Shown here piece by piece: positions 62,574 to 64,000 of a DNA stretch of 64,000 bases. Origin of the DNA: Pseudomonadota bacterium (GTDB taxonomy: Archaea > Thermoplasmatota > SW-10-69-26 > JACQPN01 > JAJPHT01); NCBI GenBank assembly GCA_021325135.1, contig JAJPHT010000039.1, forward strand, positions 99,493 to 163,492. Reading direction: 5' to 3'. Positions within the stretch are counted from its first letter, which is position 1, and each line of letters begins with the position of its first letter. The notes beneath the pieces were generated by a model, which saw only the letters and a list, made by a program, of their open reading frames with translations, was not told where the DNA came from and did no database searches. A program made the position numbers and the translations under genes.

Positions 62574-63536
62574 ATGATCTCCCGCCACGCAACCCCCCTC
62601 GTCCTCCTTGCCTTGGCCTCCGCATTCTTCGCCCCGACCCCCACGGCGGGCGCGTTCGGCGGCGAGCCCTGGCACGGCACGATCCCCGCCGACGGGACGC
62701 CCGTGACGACGACCCTCGCCCAGGGCGCGTACACCATCACCGCCTCCGGCACCTACGTCTACGCGTTCAACGGCAGCTACGCGGACGCGGCCTTCTCCTT
62801 CGACATGAACCCCTCCTACCCGCCGTGCTATCAATTCCCCGGCAACGTCCACGCGCTCCTCCTGAACGGCCAGAACGTGTGGGGCTCGCAGTGCCACGCG
62901 AGCCACCTCTACAGCGTCAACTACTACTGCCCCTCGACCTGCCTGCTGACCTTCGAGATCTTCGACTCGGCCTACGAGGACAACTCGGGCTCGCTGAGCG
63001 TGGACGTCCAGCCTGGCGACCTCGTCGTGCTCGACACGGACGTCCCGCTCACGCCCGACGTCACGCTGCCGCCCCCCGACGTCCTGCCCACCGTGGGCTC
63101 CGTCCGCACCTACGACGCGCAGGGCGGCCAGCTCTGCGTCGACGTCACGCTCCAGGCCCAGACGACGCAGGTCGCGTGCGTGAGCCGCGCGGGCCTGGGC
63201 CCCGCGGACGCGCTCGTGCCCCGCGGCACGCTCCTGCTGCCCCCCGTGGCGCTGGCCACCGCGCCGGGCACGCACCTGGGCATCGTCGCGACCGCCCACT
63301 ACGACCCCGCGATCCTCGTCGAGGAGGCGACCGCCGACGGAGGAGCCCTCCGCGTCGTCGCGCCCTTCGGCCCCGACACCGCGGCCGCGTTCTTGGCAGA
63401 CCAGGACGCGACGCGCCTCGACGTGATGGTCTACGTCTCGGCGAACAACGGCGACTGGGCGTCCGTCCCGGTGTCCATCCCGTACCTGGGGCAGGTCGTC
63501 GCGGCGGCCGCCTTCAGCCAGGCGCCCAGCGCGTGA
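62574..63536 (+). CDS. secreted hypothetical protein
   Basis: Signal peptide MISRHATPLVLLALASAFFA..., a Tyr/Cys-rich beta domain with DSAYEDNSGSL, and a second domain. Confidence 0.75.
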   Translation: MISRHATPLVLLALASAFFAPTPTAGAFGGEPWHGTIPADGTPVTTTLAQGAYTITASGTYVYAFNGSYADAAFSFDMNPSYPPCYQFPGNVHALLLNGQNVWGSQCHASHLYSVNYYCPSTCLLTFEIFDSAYEDNSGSLSVDVQPGDLVVLDTDVPLTPDVTLPPPDVLPTVGSVRTYDAQGGQLCVDVTLQAQTTQVACVSRAGLGPADALVPRGTLLLPPVALATAPGTHLGIVATAHYDPAILVEEATADGGALRVVAPFGPDTAAAFLADQDATRLDVMVYVSANNGDWASVPVSIPYLGQVVAAAAFSQAPSA

Positions 63537-63554
63537 GAAAAGGTCCCGTCCCCC

Positions 63555-63809
63555 TCAGTGGGGGATGAAGGACATGAGATAGTAGATCAGGAAGCCCATG
63601 GCGCCCAGCAGGCCCATGCCGACCGCGGAGACGATGGCCGCCTTGCGGTACTCCTCGGGGGTGGGCTTGCGCGCCATGCGGATGACGCGGCCGTACTTGC
63701 CCTTCCCGATGTTCGCCAGCCGCCCCTCCAGCTTCTCCTGGGCGTCCCACGCCTTCCCGACGAGGGTGTCGCTCTCCGGCTTGGTGGTCGTCGCGGTGGC
63801 GGTGGCCAT
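63555..63809 (-). CDS. secE: preprotein translocase subunit SecE / Sec61-gamma
   Basis: Y.RV..MARKPT.EEY followed by a C-terminal TM segment. Confidence 0.92.
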   Translation of the reverse strand: MATATATTTKPESDTLVGKAWDAQEKLEGRLANIGKGKYGRVIRMARKPTPEEYRKAAIVSAVGMGLLGAMGFLIYYLMSFIPH

Positions 63810-63962
63810 CGTGGTCACTGGGGCCGGAGGATGGGGTCGCCCATCATCAAGGTTTGCAGGACGCGCGGGCCTCCTGCACCGGCGAAACCCCACCGTCCGA
63901 GGTTTCAAATACTCCAATCGAAGTGGAGGGCCGTTTCCCTTCGGCCTAGGGAGGAAACAGCG

Positions 63963-64000
63963 TTGACCGAAGAACGCAAGTCGCTCTTGTACAAGCTCGA
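63963..64000 (+). CDS. 5' end of a gene, possibly secY (truncated by the window edge)
   Basis: GGAGG Shine-Dalgarno and TTG start; MTEERKSLLYKL resembles the N-termini of Thermoplasmata SecY, but only 12 codons are visible. Confidence 0.4.
   Translation, partial: MTEERKSLLYKL

Noticed and set aside
60020-63568. 1182 aa plus-strand Arg/Pro/Gly-rich ORF
   Set aside because: Off-frame overlap of the kinase, FHA and secreted-protein genes, with composition typical of GC-rich non-coding frames

Overview
A very GC-rich (by eye about 70% or more) archaeal chromosomal segment. It carries Cbf5, aIF5A, Pth2, a geranylgeranyl reductase, a JAMM protease, a SAMP/ThiS-like protein, Sec61-gamma/SecE and a probable secY start. 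The proteins are not acidic, so this is not a haloarchaeon; an uncultured Thermoplasmatota lineage is my inference. Housekeeping genes include argG, argCJBD, pyrF, korAB, topA, a long thyX, sufB, nadK, IMPase, msrB and pduO. Four uncharacterised modules sit among them: (1) a multi-TM Hanks-type Ser/Thr kinase convergent with a wHTH-FHA regulator that is divergent from a secreted-protein gene; (2) a PLP enzyme / thioesterase / DUF1611 / MurL-like ATP-dependent enzyme cluster suggesting D-amino-acid chemistry; (3) a DUF350 / Gsp-like ATP-grasp / GGFG-tailed protein operon; (4) twin secreted CTCDP-motif peptides downstream of a membrane-spanning double-wHTH sensor. Three micro-ORFs are missing from the ORF track: a histone-H1-like 38 aa protein, a 36 aa His-rich peptide and a 44 aa C2H2 protein. 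Non-coding structure includes a dispersed GCGAAGC-hairpin REP-like repeat family, perfect 33 bp and 18 bp inverted repeats, and a 44 bp perfectly alternating purine-pyrimidine (Z-DNA-prone) tract upstream of topA. I saw no rRNA, tRNA, CRISPR array or transposase. All family assignments come from recognising motifs by eye, not from database searches.
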